Virus record (IMG/VR): IMGVR_UViG_3300029787_000004
Length of the DNA: 64,000 nucleotides
Strand: one strand, 5' to 3'
Source of the DNA: an uncultured virus (IMG/VR IMGVR_UViG_3300029787_000004)
Taxonomy: Duplodnaviria; Heunggongvirae; Uroviricota; Caudoviricetes
Shown here: positions 5,882 through 19,700 of the stretch, one piece after another
Layout: each line of letters starts with the position of its first letter
Position numbering within the stretch: the stretch's first letter is position 1
Notes under the pieces: model-generated
The model's input: the letters and a program-made list of their open reading frames with translations, nothing else
The model's database searches: none
What the model was told of the DNA's origin: nothing
Position numbers and translations under genes: made by a program

Positions 5882-7779
5882 TGCCACTCACAAAATTCTC
5901 AGATCTAGATTTTGATCAAATTAAGGTACAAATAAAGAATTATTTGCGCTCAAATTCTAATTTTACCGACTTTGACTTCGAAGGATCCAACTTTTCGGTC
6001 CTAATTGACACGTTAGCATATAATACTTACATTTCTTCGTATAACGCCAACATGGTGGCAAACGAAGTTTTCATTGATAGTGCCACATTGAGAGAAAATG
6101 TGGTCTCTCTCGCAAGAAACATTGGATATTTACCATCTTCTAAGAAGGCATCAAAAGCGACTGTAAGCTTCTTTGTTGATACAAGCACTCTGACTACCAA
6201 TCCTACGACAATGACCCTTAGAGCGGGTCTGGTGGCAGTCTCAGATAGTTTTGGTGGGTCTAATTTTACTTTCTGCATACCCGAATCAATTACTGTTCCA
6301 GTAAATGAGGATCTTGCCTTTTTTAATGAAATTGAAATCTTTGAAGGAACGTTTATATCGAAAGAATATACAGTAGACGACTCAAATATTGATCAAAAAT
6401 TTGTAATTCCCAATTCAAATGCAGATACTTCAACTTTATCTGTGCAAGTCAAGGAAAGTTCCTTTGATCTTGCCTCAGTTAAGTACGAGTTAGCACAAAG
6501 TGTCATTGATATATCAAATACATCTAAAATTTTCTTACTTCAAGAGATTGCTGATGAGAAATATGAACTTCTTTTTGGTGATAACGTATTTGGTAAACGT
6601 CTAGAAGACGGAAATGTGATCACAATGAACTATGTAATCACTAATGGTGATATTGCCAATGGTGTATCCAACTTTACCTTCTCTGGAAGGTTATTTGACA
6701 ATAATGAACGAGTAGTAACGACTGGTGTTTCCGCAATTTCGGTAAATAATGCTTCTGTTGGTGGTGGAGACATTGAAACTGTCTCTTCTATTCGTAAATA
6801 TGCGCCTTTGAAGTATGCTGCACAAAATAGAGCAGTTACAACCCAAGATTATGAGGTCATGACCAAGCAAGTGTTCCCAGATACCGAATCTGTGTCTGCT
6901 TTTGGCGGGGAAGATCTTGATCCCCCTCAATATGGCAAAGTTTTTATTGCAATTAAACCAACAGGTGGTAGTTATCTTTCAAATTTCGTAAAATCTTCAA
7001 TTGTTTCAGATTTAAAGAAATTTACTGTCGCTGGTATCGTACCACAGATTGTTGACCTTAAATATTTGTATATTGAGGTTGATACAAATGTATATTATAA
7101 CACAAATCTCTTCCCATCTGCATCAGGATTAAAAACAAACGTTATCGAATCGTTAGAAGCATATTCTAAGACATCGGAATTGAATTCTTATGGTGCTAGA
7201 TTGAAATATAGTAAACTTTTAAGAACAATTGACGATACTAACTCTGCAATCACTTCAAACATCAGTACGATTCGTATGAGAAGGGACATGAGACCATCTC
7301 TTAACGAATTTGCAGAATATGAGGTTTGTTTTGGAAATAGATTCTATGTTTCGGGCGATTCAAACATTAAAACAAGTGGATTTTTAGTTGAAGGTTACTC
7401 TGGACAAGTGTTCTTATCAGATGTTCCATATTCTGATGAAAAAACTGGTACTATTGATTTAATTCGATTAATTTCTCAATCTGAAAAACAAGTTCTTAGA
7501 AAAAATGTTGGAACTGTCGATTATATCAAAGGTGAGATTCTTTTAAACCCAATTAAGATTATTAACACTACAAAAGTCGAATCTGAGTTCCCAATTATTG
7601 AAATTGAAGCAAATCCGTATTCAAATGACGTTATCGGATTACAGGATCAATTTTTGCAACTAGATATAAGTAAGAGTAACGTTACTGTAATCTCCGATAC
7701 CATGTCTAATGGTGCCGATATCTCAGGATCAAGATATACAGTGTCTTCCAGTTTTACCAACGATAACATCACGCGATAA
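5881..7779 (+). CDS. gp6: baseplate wedge subunit gp6
   Basis: LDFDQIK...FTDFDFEGSN, AQNRAVTTQDY, PPQYGKVFIAIKP. Confidence 0.95.
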   Translation: MPLTKFSDLDFDQIKVQIKNYLRSNSNFTDFDFEGSNFSVLIDTLAYNTYISSYNANMVANEVFIDSATLRENVVSLARNIGYLPSSKKASKATVSFFVDTSTLTTNPTTMTLRAGLVAVSDSFGGSNFTFCIPESITVPVNEDLAFFNEIEIFEGTFISKEYTVDDSNIDQKFVIPNSNADTSTLSVQVKESSFDLASVKYELAQSVIDISNTSKIFLLQEIADEKYELLFGDNVFGKRLEDGNVITMNYVITNGDIANGVSNFTFSGRLFDNNERVVTTGVSAISVNNASVGGGDIETVSSIRKYAPLKYAAQNRAVTTQDYEVMTKQVFPDTESVSAFGGEDLDPPQYGKVFIAIKPTGGSYLSNFVKSSIVSDLKKFTVAGIVPQIVDLKYLYIEVDTNVYYNTNLFPSASGLKTNVIESLEAYSKTSELNSYGARLKYSKLLRTIDDTNSAITSNISTIRMRRDMRPSLNEFAEYEVCFGNRFYVSGDSNIKTSGFLVEGYSGQVFLSDVPYSDEKTGTIDLIRLISQSEKQVLRKNVGTVDYIKGEILLNPIKIINTTKVESEFPIIEIEANPYSNDVIGLQDQFLQLDISKSNVTVISDTMSNGADISGSRYTVSSSFTNDNITR

Positions 7780-10700
7780 TGTTAGAAAAAAGAGTAAAAA
7801 TCCAGTCCGTAGTTGAAAATCAACTACCTATTTTTCTTGGTGCTGAACTGGAAGGTGCTAGTGATTTTTTAAAGACTTATTATAAATCGGTAGAATATCA
7901 AGGAGGTCCAATAGATATTCTTGAAAATATTGATCAATATAGAAAAGTTGGAACTTATACTTCTATTGTTGGATTTACAACTGTAACTTCTAACATTAAT
8001 ATTGAAGATTCTACAATTAATGTAGGCAATACTTCTGGATGGCCAGAAAAATATGGATTATTAAAGATTAATGACGAAATTATTTCATATACAGGAAAAA
8101 CAAACACAACTTTTACGGGTTGTATCAGAGGTTTCAGTGGTATTACCAGTTATCGTGGAAATAGTGGTCCAGATGAACTGATTTTTCAAGATAGTGAGGC
8201 AGACGAGCATGTAAGTGCTGATCAAGTCGAAAATATTTCATCTCTTTTCTTAAAAGAGTTTTACAAAAAATTAAAAACTCAATATTTACCTGGTTTAAGT
8301 AATACTCAGTTACATGATGAATTAAATGTATCAAACTATCTTATTCAAGGTAGTGACTTTTATAGATCAAAAGGAACTTCTGATGCATTTGAAATTCTGT
8401 TCAAAGCTTTATATAATGAAGATGTAAATGTATTAAAACCACAGGATGACCTGTTTGCGCCATCGGATGCACAATACAGCAAAATTATTAGATTAAATGT
8501 AGAACCGACAGATCAATCAATTGATACTACGGAAGCATATTTGACAGGATTCATTACTAAGAACATTTATCAAGAAAATTCTGATGGTGAGGTCATTGCT
8601 TCTGGATCTGTTGTTAAATCAGAAAGATTTCGTGTAGATGGTAAAGATTTTTTCCAAATTGATTTAGATTACTCAGAACCAAAAGATATTAATGTTGTAG
8701 GATCAATTTATGGTAATTTCAAAATTACTCCTCAAACAAAGGTAGTTGGTAACGTTTCTGTTGCATCTACATTTATTGATGTTGAATCCACCATTGGTTT
8801 TCCCTCTAAGGGAGAACTTCAAGTCCTATTTTCAAATGATGATATTGGCATTGTTTCATATACCTCAAAAAATGTAACTCAATTCTTAAATCTTGATGGA
8901 GTAGTTAATGGTGTCTTAGATAAGCAAGAGATTTTTCAAAATATTAAATCATATGGAATCTTATCTGATGGTAGTGAATTTGAATTTAGGATTAAAGGGT
9001 CTCTTGGTGCTCTTAACATTAAGGCACCAGACCTAGCAACTCCTTATTTTGTAGAAGGAGATGTAATTAAAAATCAATCTTTGGGATATTCAAAGAGTAA
9101 TATTGTAACGGATTCATTGTTATCAAATGAAACGTCCAGATTTGATATCAAACATGCAAAAATTCTTAACCAAAACCAATTAGGTCAAAACCCAAATATT
9201 ATTTCTCTGTATCAGATTGAAACCAAACAACAACATGACCTGAGTATTGGAGACTCTGTTCAAGTTATTACTACTACTGGATTGGAAACAAGTGGTGTGG
9301 TCAATAATATTATCACAGAATTCACTTTTGATGTTTCTGGATTGTCTGGATTTGATCCTGATAGAGGTGGGGAAGTTAGAAGATTGATCACAAAGGTCAA
9401 TTCCCAAAATAATGTTGTTAATAATTTACCTGCCAATGTTGTAAAATCCTTTTACGATTCTAATGAATCGGTTTATATCGCAGCACACTCATTACCAAAA
9501 TATGGTGATCCAATTGATCCCAAAACAGGTAATGTTGTATTATCTGATAATGGTAGGAGCTCAACTGCTCCTCTTATCCTAAGTGGAGATACAATTGATT
9601 ATACCGGACATGGATTTTTTAGTGGAGATGAGGTATATTATCGTCCAGATAAATTTGTAGAACGTTTAAGTGGTTATGGAGAACCGATTGCAATTACTAC
9701 TGAAAGAACTCTTGGTAATTTGTCGGAAGGAAAATATTTTGTTAAGAGAATTGATGCCGACAGTTTTAAATTGTCAGAATCCAAAGCAAATATTATTACT
9801 AACAAATTTGTTGATGTTACTGGAATTGCTAGCAACCAAGTTATCTTCCCCATCAGATCTTATGACAATCAATTAGACAGTTCCTATGGAATTACCAAAG
9901 TTCCTAGGTTTATTGAAGTCCCTGATAAAAAAGTTGATATCATTCCTGGTAAAATTGGAGTTTTAATCAATGGTGTAGATGCACATTCATATAAGTCAGA
10001 AGATTATTGTTTTTATGGTAATTTAACTGGTATTAACGTTTTAGCGGGTGGATCTAATTATGATGTTATTAATCCACCAAATTTAATCATCTCTGACAAT
10101 ATTGGAACTGGTGCAACAGCAACAACCACAGTTGTTGGTGTTTTGGAAGAGATTGAAGTAGATGATAGTGGTTATGATTTTTTAGATGAACCAGTTGTTG
10201 ATATTTCTGGTGGTAATGGAAGAGGAGCAAAAGCAAAGGCAAATCTTAGATCGGAAAAAACAGTTGCTTTTACTGATGTAAGTGCTGGTGGTGGAAATGT
10301 CTCATTAACCGATAATACAATTGGATTCACTACATACCATCGTTTTAGAAATGCAGATGCTGTCGTTTATAATGCCAATTCATTAACTCCTCTTGGAAAC
10401 TTAGTCAATAATTCAATCTACTATGTAAATGTTAGATCCCTCAATGAGGTGACCCTACATGGTCATAGAAGCACTGCTCTTGCTGGTGTTGGTACAATTA
10501 GTATCACCAGTTTTGGACAAGGCAACCAATACTTTACTACGGTAAGTGAGAAAAAAATCTTATCATCAGTTACGATAGAGTCTGGTGGTGAAGGATACAG
10601 TAGCAATGTAATTAAAGTATCATCAACTGGAATTAACACCAGTACAGATCAAATTTCTTTCATTAATCATGGATTCAATACCGGCGAAACAGTTCAATAT

Positions 10701-13700
10701 AGATTTGAAGGATCATCTATTTCTGGATTGACCACAGATCAGCAATATTTGGTTACACGTGTAGATGATAATCTGTTCAAATTATCATCAGCTGGCATTG
10801 GAACTCAATTCTCATCTTACAATTTCGATAACAAAATATTTGCTGACTTAACATCTGTTGGATCTGCTAGCACTTATATTTTCAACTATCCTGATATTAA
10901 TGTTACTATCACAGGCAACATTGGTATTACAACAACAAATAGTCTTACCTTCAAATCAAAGTTAAAACCAAAATTTAGAGGATCAATCACTAAAATTAAT
11001 TTAGAACGTGGCGGTGTTGCATATGGATCTTCTGAGGTCTTAAATTTTGAACGTCAACCATTAATTACTTTTGAGAATGGTAGTGGAGCTCAACTAAAAG
11101 CAGTTGTTGAAGGATCAACAATTAAAGATGTTTTTGTGCTTAATGGAGGAAAGGGATATAATTCTTCTCCTGAGTTGGTCGTATCTGGTTTAGGAAGAGA
11201 TGCTAAATTGACTCCAATTTTAACAGGAGGAAGAATTATTTCTGTTAAAATTAATGATGGTGGATCTGGTTTTAGCACCAACACAACTTTTGTTGATGTT
11301 ATTGCAAATGGACAAGGTGCTAAGGCATCAACAAAAATTAAATCTTGGAATGTTAACCAATTTGAACAGAAAAAGAATCTGCTTAGTGTAGATGATTCTC
11401 TAATTGCTGCTAGTGGTAATGAACACTCAAAAGGAACTTATGTTTCAATTTCTGCTCCCAGAGCATTAAGAGAAATTATCTATGCAAAGAATGAAGATGG
11501 AACAGATGCATTTGGTGCAAACACTTTTGATTTGCTCAAACAGAATGGACTTGAAATTCCATCTTTGAATCACTCTCCAATTATTGGATGGGCAAACGAT
11601 GGACATCCAATTTATGGTCCATATGCATATAGTAATATTGACGGTGGAGCTATTATAGCAATTAAATCTGGATATGAACTTAATCCCAGTATTGAAAGAC
11701 CAGGTTCATTCCCTGTTGGATTCTTTGTAGAAGACTATTCTTTCCAAAACAGTGGGAACTTAGATGAGCACAATGGAAGATTCTGCAAAACTCCTGATTT
11801 CCCCAATGGAGTCTATGCATATTTTGCGACAATAAACAGTGGCAAACCTAATGGAGATGGTCCGTTTAAAAACTATAAAGAACCTGTATTCCCATATTTG
11901 CTTGGTGATTCATATAATTCAGTACCATCTGAATTTAATTTTGATAGAAAAAATAATCAAATTGACTTTGAATATGTTGATTTGTTTAGAAATACTAAAC
12001 CATCAAAAAGCAGTGGACTTTATGGATACAATGAGTATTTGAATGATAGTACAAGAGACGCTAAACAAGAGTCTATCATTGAATCCACTAGGAAAGGTAG
12101 AATCACTGATTATACTATTGTTTCTGCTGGAACCAGTTACAGAAGTGGTGATACCATTAATTTATCAAAACAACCTCTTTATGGTAGAGGTGCAAGAATA
12201 AGTGTTGGTAGAATCGTTGGTAAAGATATTGTATCAATTGGTTCTTCGACTATTACTTCCGAAAACTTTGAATTGTTTGTTGGTGGAGGATTAGCAATTG
12301 GATATTGCACTGCACCTCATAATTTTGAGAATAAGAACCGTGCAGTTATTTCTGGATTATCAACTCATTCTTATGCAGATCTGAATGGCACTCAAAATAT
12401 TACCAACACCCAAAGAATTTGGATTCTAAATGAATTCCTTGATTCCCCTACCAATACTGGTTTAACCACTAACATCCACCTTAACGGACCGTATGACCCC
12501 CTCTACGTTAGGGAAAACTCAATCATTGGTATTGGACAGTCGGTTGAAAATCTTGAACAATTAAAAGTTCTTAATGTTGATCCACTAAACTCTGTAATGA
12601 GAGTTCAAAGAAATTATAATGGAACAGTTGGATATGCATATTCTTCTGGAACGATTGCTCTCGATATTCGTAACAAGTTTGCATTTGATGTTGGGTTTAC
12701 CACGTTTACGAGCAATCCCCCAACATTCCAGAGATATTTTGATCCATCACAAGTAGTTGGTCTTGGAACAACAGCTTCTGTTGTTGGTGTTGGAACAACA
12801 ATTGCATATCAGACACATAATAATATTGCACCCCCTCATTTACCAGAAAATACTGATTATCAACCAGGAACTGCTTATACAAGTAGAATTATTCCTATCA
12901 AGACTGTTTTCATCCCCAATCACTCATTCAATACTGGCGATACGTTAACTTATTCTAATGGTGGTGGAACTTCTGTCGAAGTTTCTGATGGCATCGGCAC
13001 ATTTGTTCTTGCAGATCAATCCACCGTATATGCAATCAAAGAGTCTAGTAATTTACTTGGAATTTCAACCACAAAGGTTGGATTGGGTTCTACTGGATCT
13101 TTTGTTGGTCTTGGATCAACTGCGATTCAATTAGCATTTACAGTTTCTGGTGTCGGAGTAACTCATAGTTTCAAAGCAGAAACTAATCCTATTACAGGAA
13201 ATGCCAATATCTATGAAGCTGTCTTAACAACAAAAGAAGCACATGGATTAACGTTCAACGATAATATTCGAGTTGTCTCTATACCAGATATACAGAAAAA
13301 TATATTTGTTCAGTATAACGATTATAATCGCAGAATAGTATTTGATAGAAAGAAATTTGAACCATCTGGCATCACTTCTTTCACTAATACAATTAATGTT
13401 CCAAGTCATGATTTGAATAGTGGTGATAAAGTAATCTACACGACCACTGGAAACGCACCTGTCGGACTTTCCGATCAAAGCATGTATTATGTTATTGCAA
13501 TTGACTCAAATAATTTAAAATTAGCACAAAATAAAGTTGATGCGGTGGGTTTAAACCCAACACCAGTTTCCTTAGGTAGCACTGGTTCAGGAGAGCACTT
13601 TGTATCTTCAATTAACCCCAAAGTTAATGTTACACGTGGTAATCTCGTATCGTTTGCCACAACAGATTCTTCATTAGCAATTAATGTTTCTGGAAGTAAG

Positions 13701-16700
13701 TTATCTGCCTTTGATCTTGGTTTCTACAAAGATCCCGAATACAGAGATCAATTCATCAGCACAAAAGAATCAAAATCTTTTGAAGTTCAAGGAATTGGAA
13801 CTATTGGAGTAACAAATCCATCTGCTGTAAATTTAAAAGCAAGCGCATCTATTCCAGAAGTATTATATTACAAATTTACTCCAATTAATATTAATCTTTC
13901 TCCAACATCAAAAACTGAAATATTTGAGGATACTGAGCAAAGTTTTTCCAACGTTATTAATGTTGTTAATAGTGTATATCAGGTTGATGAGTATCCGACT
14001 GGTATTACCACAACCGAATTTAAATTCAATCTAAATTCAGAACCAGAAACATCTTCTTATACTTCAATAACTGATGGTAGTTTCTATTATACCCATAAAT
14101 CACCTGACGCAACAGGAGCAATTGATACCCTTAACATTAAAACTAATAGTGTAAACTATACGGAGTTGCCAGGAATAACCTCAATCGGATCTACTACTGG
14201 TTCTGGTGGATTGGTTAGACTTAATGGTGATATGGGGTCTATTCTCAAAACTCGTAAGAAGAGTGTTGGTTACAACTATCCATCAGATCCAACTCTTAAA
14301 GTAGTTACTAATGTTCCAGAAATTCTTAGAATTGAAGAATTAAATTCTTTTGATAGTGTTGGAATTTCTTCTGGTGGTAATGGATATAATATTGAACCTG
14401 GTTTAGTTGTTATTGATGCACTTACTAACAAAAAAGTTGAAAATGTAGTTCTTCAAGCAGAAGTTAAAAACGGTTCTGTTTCCAAGATCAATATCAAGGA
14501 AAATGCTAAGAATCTTTCTGATGTTGCTCCTAACATCATTACTGTCAATAACCCCAATGGTGTTGGTATTAATACTGTTGGATTCAATACAGTCACCAAA
14601 GAAGTTACTATTCAGTTAACTACTGGATTCTCAACATCTACATCTTTCCCATTCGTAGTTGGTAAAAAAGTATTCATTGAAGGTATTGGTATTTCATCAG
14701 AGGGAACTGGTTATAACTCCCCAGATTATAACTTCAAGTTCTTTGAAATTACTGATGTCGATCCGAATATTGGTGGTATTGGATCTGTAACTTATCAGTT
14801 AGATTCTACTGTAACCAATCCCGGAACATATGTAACTACAAAATCTTCTGGAAGAATTATTCCCTTTGAAGATTTCCCAATTTTTACCCCAAATCTCAAA
14901 AGGAACAATTTCTCCATCAACGAAGATGTTGTAATCACAAATGTCTTAGATACAAAAAATGGAAAAGTTTCATCTTGGGATAATTCCAATAAAATTCTAA
15001 AAGTCAATTCTACCAAAGAAGTTAATATTGGTGATACTGTAAAGGGTCTTGGTTCCGGAACAATAGGTAAAGTATCTGAAAAGATCAACGTTGATTCTTT
15101 TTATGATATTGTTGGTGTCGAAGAAATTCGTTTGGGGTGGCAGAAAGATACTGGCAAACCAAGTGTAAATGCTCAAAGAATAATTGATAGTGATTATTAT
15201 CAATATTTCTCATATTCTCTAAAATCACAAATTGCATATGATACTTGGAATGATATTGTTTCTTCCATGAATCATACCAGCGGATTTAAGAAATTTGCTG
15301 ATTTGCAAATTGAATCTAGGGATGAAAATTTCAATAAGGCATCGGTAGCTAGTAATGATGTTGAGTTATTTGTAGACCTAGTTTCTCAATTGGAAACCTA
15401 TTGTAGATATGATTTTGATTTTGTTTCTGAGACTTCAAAACTTATTTCCGGATCTTTCCTCTCTGATGAAATTTTAACAAGAAATATTCCAATTGCAGAT
15501 TTTGAAGAATCTGTTGGTAATAGAGTATTGAGCATTGACAATATCTCCAATCAATTTAATAATGTGCCGAGATCAACTAGATTTGAAATTGTTGATACTT
15601 TTGGAATTTCAGGAACTCGTTTTAGAAAATATTTTATCTTAACCAACGATAAACAATTTATCGACACTAGAAGAATGGAAATCGTCGAACTTATGATCGA
15701 CGATGCTGGTAATGGATATATTCAAGAGTATGCTATTACAGATGGTGCAACGGAATTAAATGGATATTTTGATTTTATTATCAAAGGTAGTGAAGGTCAA
15801 TTATTGTTCTATCCAAATGATTATGACACAAATGATTTTGAACTTCGTGGACTAGTCTACAATGTAGACAGAGACGTTCATCATGCCGTTGGTATTGCCA
15901 CGTTAGTTGGTATTCACACTGTTGGTGATATTGTTGAGGTAGTTTCAAAAGGAAGTAAGATTAACCCTGGTGTTACGACAGCAGTTAATATTCTTTCTAT
16001 TCCTGTATCACAATATGATGCTGGTCATAAGTTCCAAGTGCAGATGAGTGCAGGATCCAATTATGAAGTTGTAAATATCAACTCAATTCATAATAATAAT
16101 TTAACATATGGCGTTGAGTATGCCAATATGTCAAATCTGGATAGAGATACTACAACAGCAGTTGCTGGTGGTATTGCAACGTTTAGTTCTTACGTTTCTG
16201 GTGGTGTTTATTATCTCAATGCAACTCCCCAGGCAGGCGTTGTTGGAACTGGTATTAGTTTTAATATCTTTGCTCAACAATTCTTAGGTGGCGTATCTAG
16301 TCTTGGCATTGGTACAATCCAATTAACCACTGGTGATCTTCAAGCACAATATTCTGATATTCCAGCACTAGGATCTCCTGGTATTACTACTATTGCCACT
16401 TTTGGTAATGGTACTGATAAATCAGAAGCTGCTCATATTTTAGTTAACATTCATGATGTTACGAACGATCGATATGAGTTACTTGAAGGCATCTACATGA
16501 TTGATAGTTCTAAGATAATTTATCAATCACAGTATGGTAATGTGGATGATGATTATAATCAGGAAAATCCAGGTATTGGTACTATTACTGGTATTGTTGA
16601 TGGAAATAATTACAATGTAATCTATGTTGCTCCACCTCTTGCAAATGTGAGAGTCAAAACTCTTATTACTTCTGCTTCTGAAACCAAAGGTGGTGTTGAT

Positions 16701-19700
16701 GAACTTTTCCAATTGAATCTTTTTGACACCAAGGTTGAAAATTTCAGAGGATCTTATACAAATACACAAGCAGATGTTAAGAGAGCATTTGAGTTAACTC
16801 ATGGTGGATTTGATATCTTTGGTAAGGACTTTGATCCTAGTGATCCTTTGGTTGTTGATCTTGATGAAGATTCAATTTTACTACCTAATCACTTCTTCAC
16901 ATCTGGTGAAAGATTGCAGTATAACCCAACTGGTTCTGGAACAACATCATCTATTGGAATCGGAACTACAACAATTGCTGGATATGGAACCACTGATAAA
17001 CTTCCTGAGTATGTGTATGCCATTAAAGTTGATGACAAGTTAATTCGTCTTGCTGAAACACCATCAAAAGCACTTTCGTCTAAGGTTGGGGATTATTTAA
17101 ATCTAACATCTTCTGGTATTGGAACTATACACCAATTCCTATCACAAGATCAAAACACTAAGTGTATTGTTGCTCTTGACAATAATATTCAAGATCCAGT
17201 CATTCCTGGTAACGTTGAGCACTCTTTGGTTGAGCAAATGTCTTTTGGTGGAGAATTCATGAGACTTTCTGGTATAACTTCATTCTTTGGTGGAGATTTA
17301 CTGAAAGTTGATAAAGAATTCATGAAGATTAAACAAGTTGGATTTGGAAGCACCAACGTTATTGCCGTTCAGAGAGGATGGATGGGAACTGGGTTTGGTA
17401 CTCACTCTCTTGGTGCCAAAGTTGAAAAATATGAAGGTGGTTACAATATTGTTGGAAATACTATCAATTTCTACACTGCTCCTGGTGGATTAGTTCCAAG
17501 AGAAACTACTGACCCAGATGATCTAGATTATACTGGAATTCAAACCACATCAGTATTCCAAGGAAGAGCTTTCCTAAGAAATGGTTTAGTCGGAACTTCT
17601 ACACACACTTATGCAACCAATTACTTATTTGATTCCGTATCAACAGAATTAACCGGTGTTGGTAAAACCTTCACCATCAAACAAGATGGAATTAACGTTG
17701 AAGCGTTTAGTACCACTCATGGTTTGATCTTAATTAATGATATTGCACAGATTCCATCTCAGGGTTCTAGAATTAATGATTTCGAGTTTATTGAAAACGC
17801 AGGTATCACATCTGTTGTATTCAGTGGATTCGCAGCATCTGTTACAAGTGATGTAAACACAGGTAGTATTCCTGTTGGTGGTATCATTGTTTCAGTTGGT
17901 TCTAGTCAAGGTTATGGTTATCAACCATTAGTGGCTGCTGGCGGAACTGCTAATGTCAATGGATTTGGAACTGTAACCTCTATTAGTATTGGTAACAGTG
18001 GTTCTGGATATAGATCGGGAATTGCAACTCTTGATGGAGTTGTTCGTGAATTGTCTTATAATGTTGGTCTTAGAATTAGTGATATTGATACTGTTAATGT
18101 AGCATCTATTGGTACGGCAATTGTATCAAATGGTAATATCACTAGTGTTAGTATTACAAATCCTGGCACTGGATATACATTTAGTAATCCTCCAATTGTT
18201 GTCTTTGACGAACCAATTCCATATACACGCATTCCGTTAGTTTATCATCCAGATTCACCTGGATCTAAAATTGGAACAAATGCATATATTGATATCAAAG
18301 TATCACAAAACTCTAATGTATCCAGTTTTAATATTATTAATAGTGGATATGGGTTTAAAGTTGGAGAAATTCTAACAGTTCCAAAAGGTGGAGTTACTGG
18401 TATCCCAACTTATAGTATTTCTACTACTCCTATTGGATTTGGTACTAATAGATATAAAGTTGAGTTTGCAGAATACGATGCTGTTTCTGGTATTATTACT
18501 GCAACTATTGGTATCCACACTATTGTTACAACTGATCAAATTACTTTGGTTGATGAGTCGTTGATCTTCTCTTGTGATAGTGATCAATTCAAACAAAAGA
18601 TTGGTTATCCAAGACCAACTGATCCTGCATCAGGAACTGGTCGCACAGTTACTGCGATTTCTTCCGATTCAATTACATTCGATGTTGGTCCTGCTCAATC
18701 AGGTTCCTCATATATCCATAGATTTGTTGGTGCAGGAGTAAGTGATGTTAGAATTAATGTTAATAGAATTTCTTCCGATAAATTTACAGGATGGAGATTT
18801 GGTGATTTAGACGTATTTGATAAACTGGATTCCTTCTTTGATGGAAATAAACAGGTCTTCACCATGAGAAAAGAAGGATCACCAACTTCTATTAGAGCAC
18901 AAAAAGGGTCTTTAATTGACGTTGAACAAACTATTCTCGTGTTCTTGAATAACATTTTACAACAACCAGGAGTTGCATATCGATTCAATGGTGGTTCAAA
19001 CATTACATTTGTAGAAGCACCAAAAGTTGGTGACACATGTTCAATTATGTTCTATCGCGGAACTGGTGACGTTGATGTTCTCAGCAGAGATATCATTGAA
19101 ACGATTAAAACCGGGGATACAGTTAAAATTAAGTCAGGTGACAATCAAAATTCTTTCGTATTTAATCAGGATACAAGATTTGTAGCTGGTATTACAACTG
19201 CTGATACTTTCGCCACATCTCCATATCAAGGTCCCGGTTTAAGAACTGATGTAACAGTTGAAAGACCAATGACGTGGTGTAGGCAACAGGAAGATTTATT
19301 CTTAGATGGAAATCCTGTAACAAAAGATAGAGACCTTTACACTGCGAGAATTTTCCCAGAAGCACATATTATTAAACCAGTTGGTTTAGGTTCCACTGAA
19401 ATCTGGGTGGATAGTGTTGCCTCATTTGACACTTATCCAGAATCTCTAAGAAGTAACTTGCAAACAGTACAAGTTATGAATCAAGATCTTAAAATCGGAG
19501 CAGCTGCTACCGCTATTGTGTCTGGTTTTGGCACTGTCTCTTCAATCAGTATCACAAACTCTGGTCTTGGATATACGATGACACCATTAGTTTCTATTGC
19601 TAATAGTGTTGGTCTTGGTTCTGCAACCAGAGCAACTGCTACCGCATCCATGACTGGAACAGCAATTACTTCAATTACTATAAGTAATGCTGGTGCTGGA

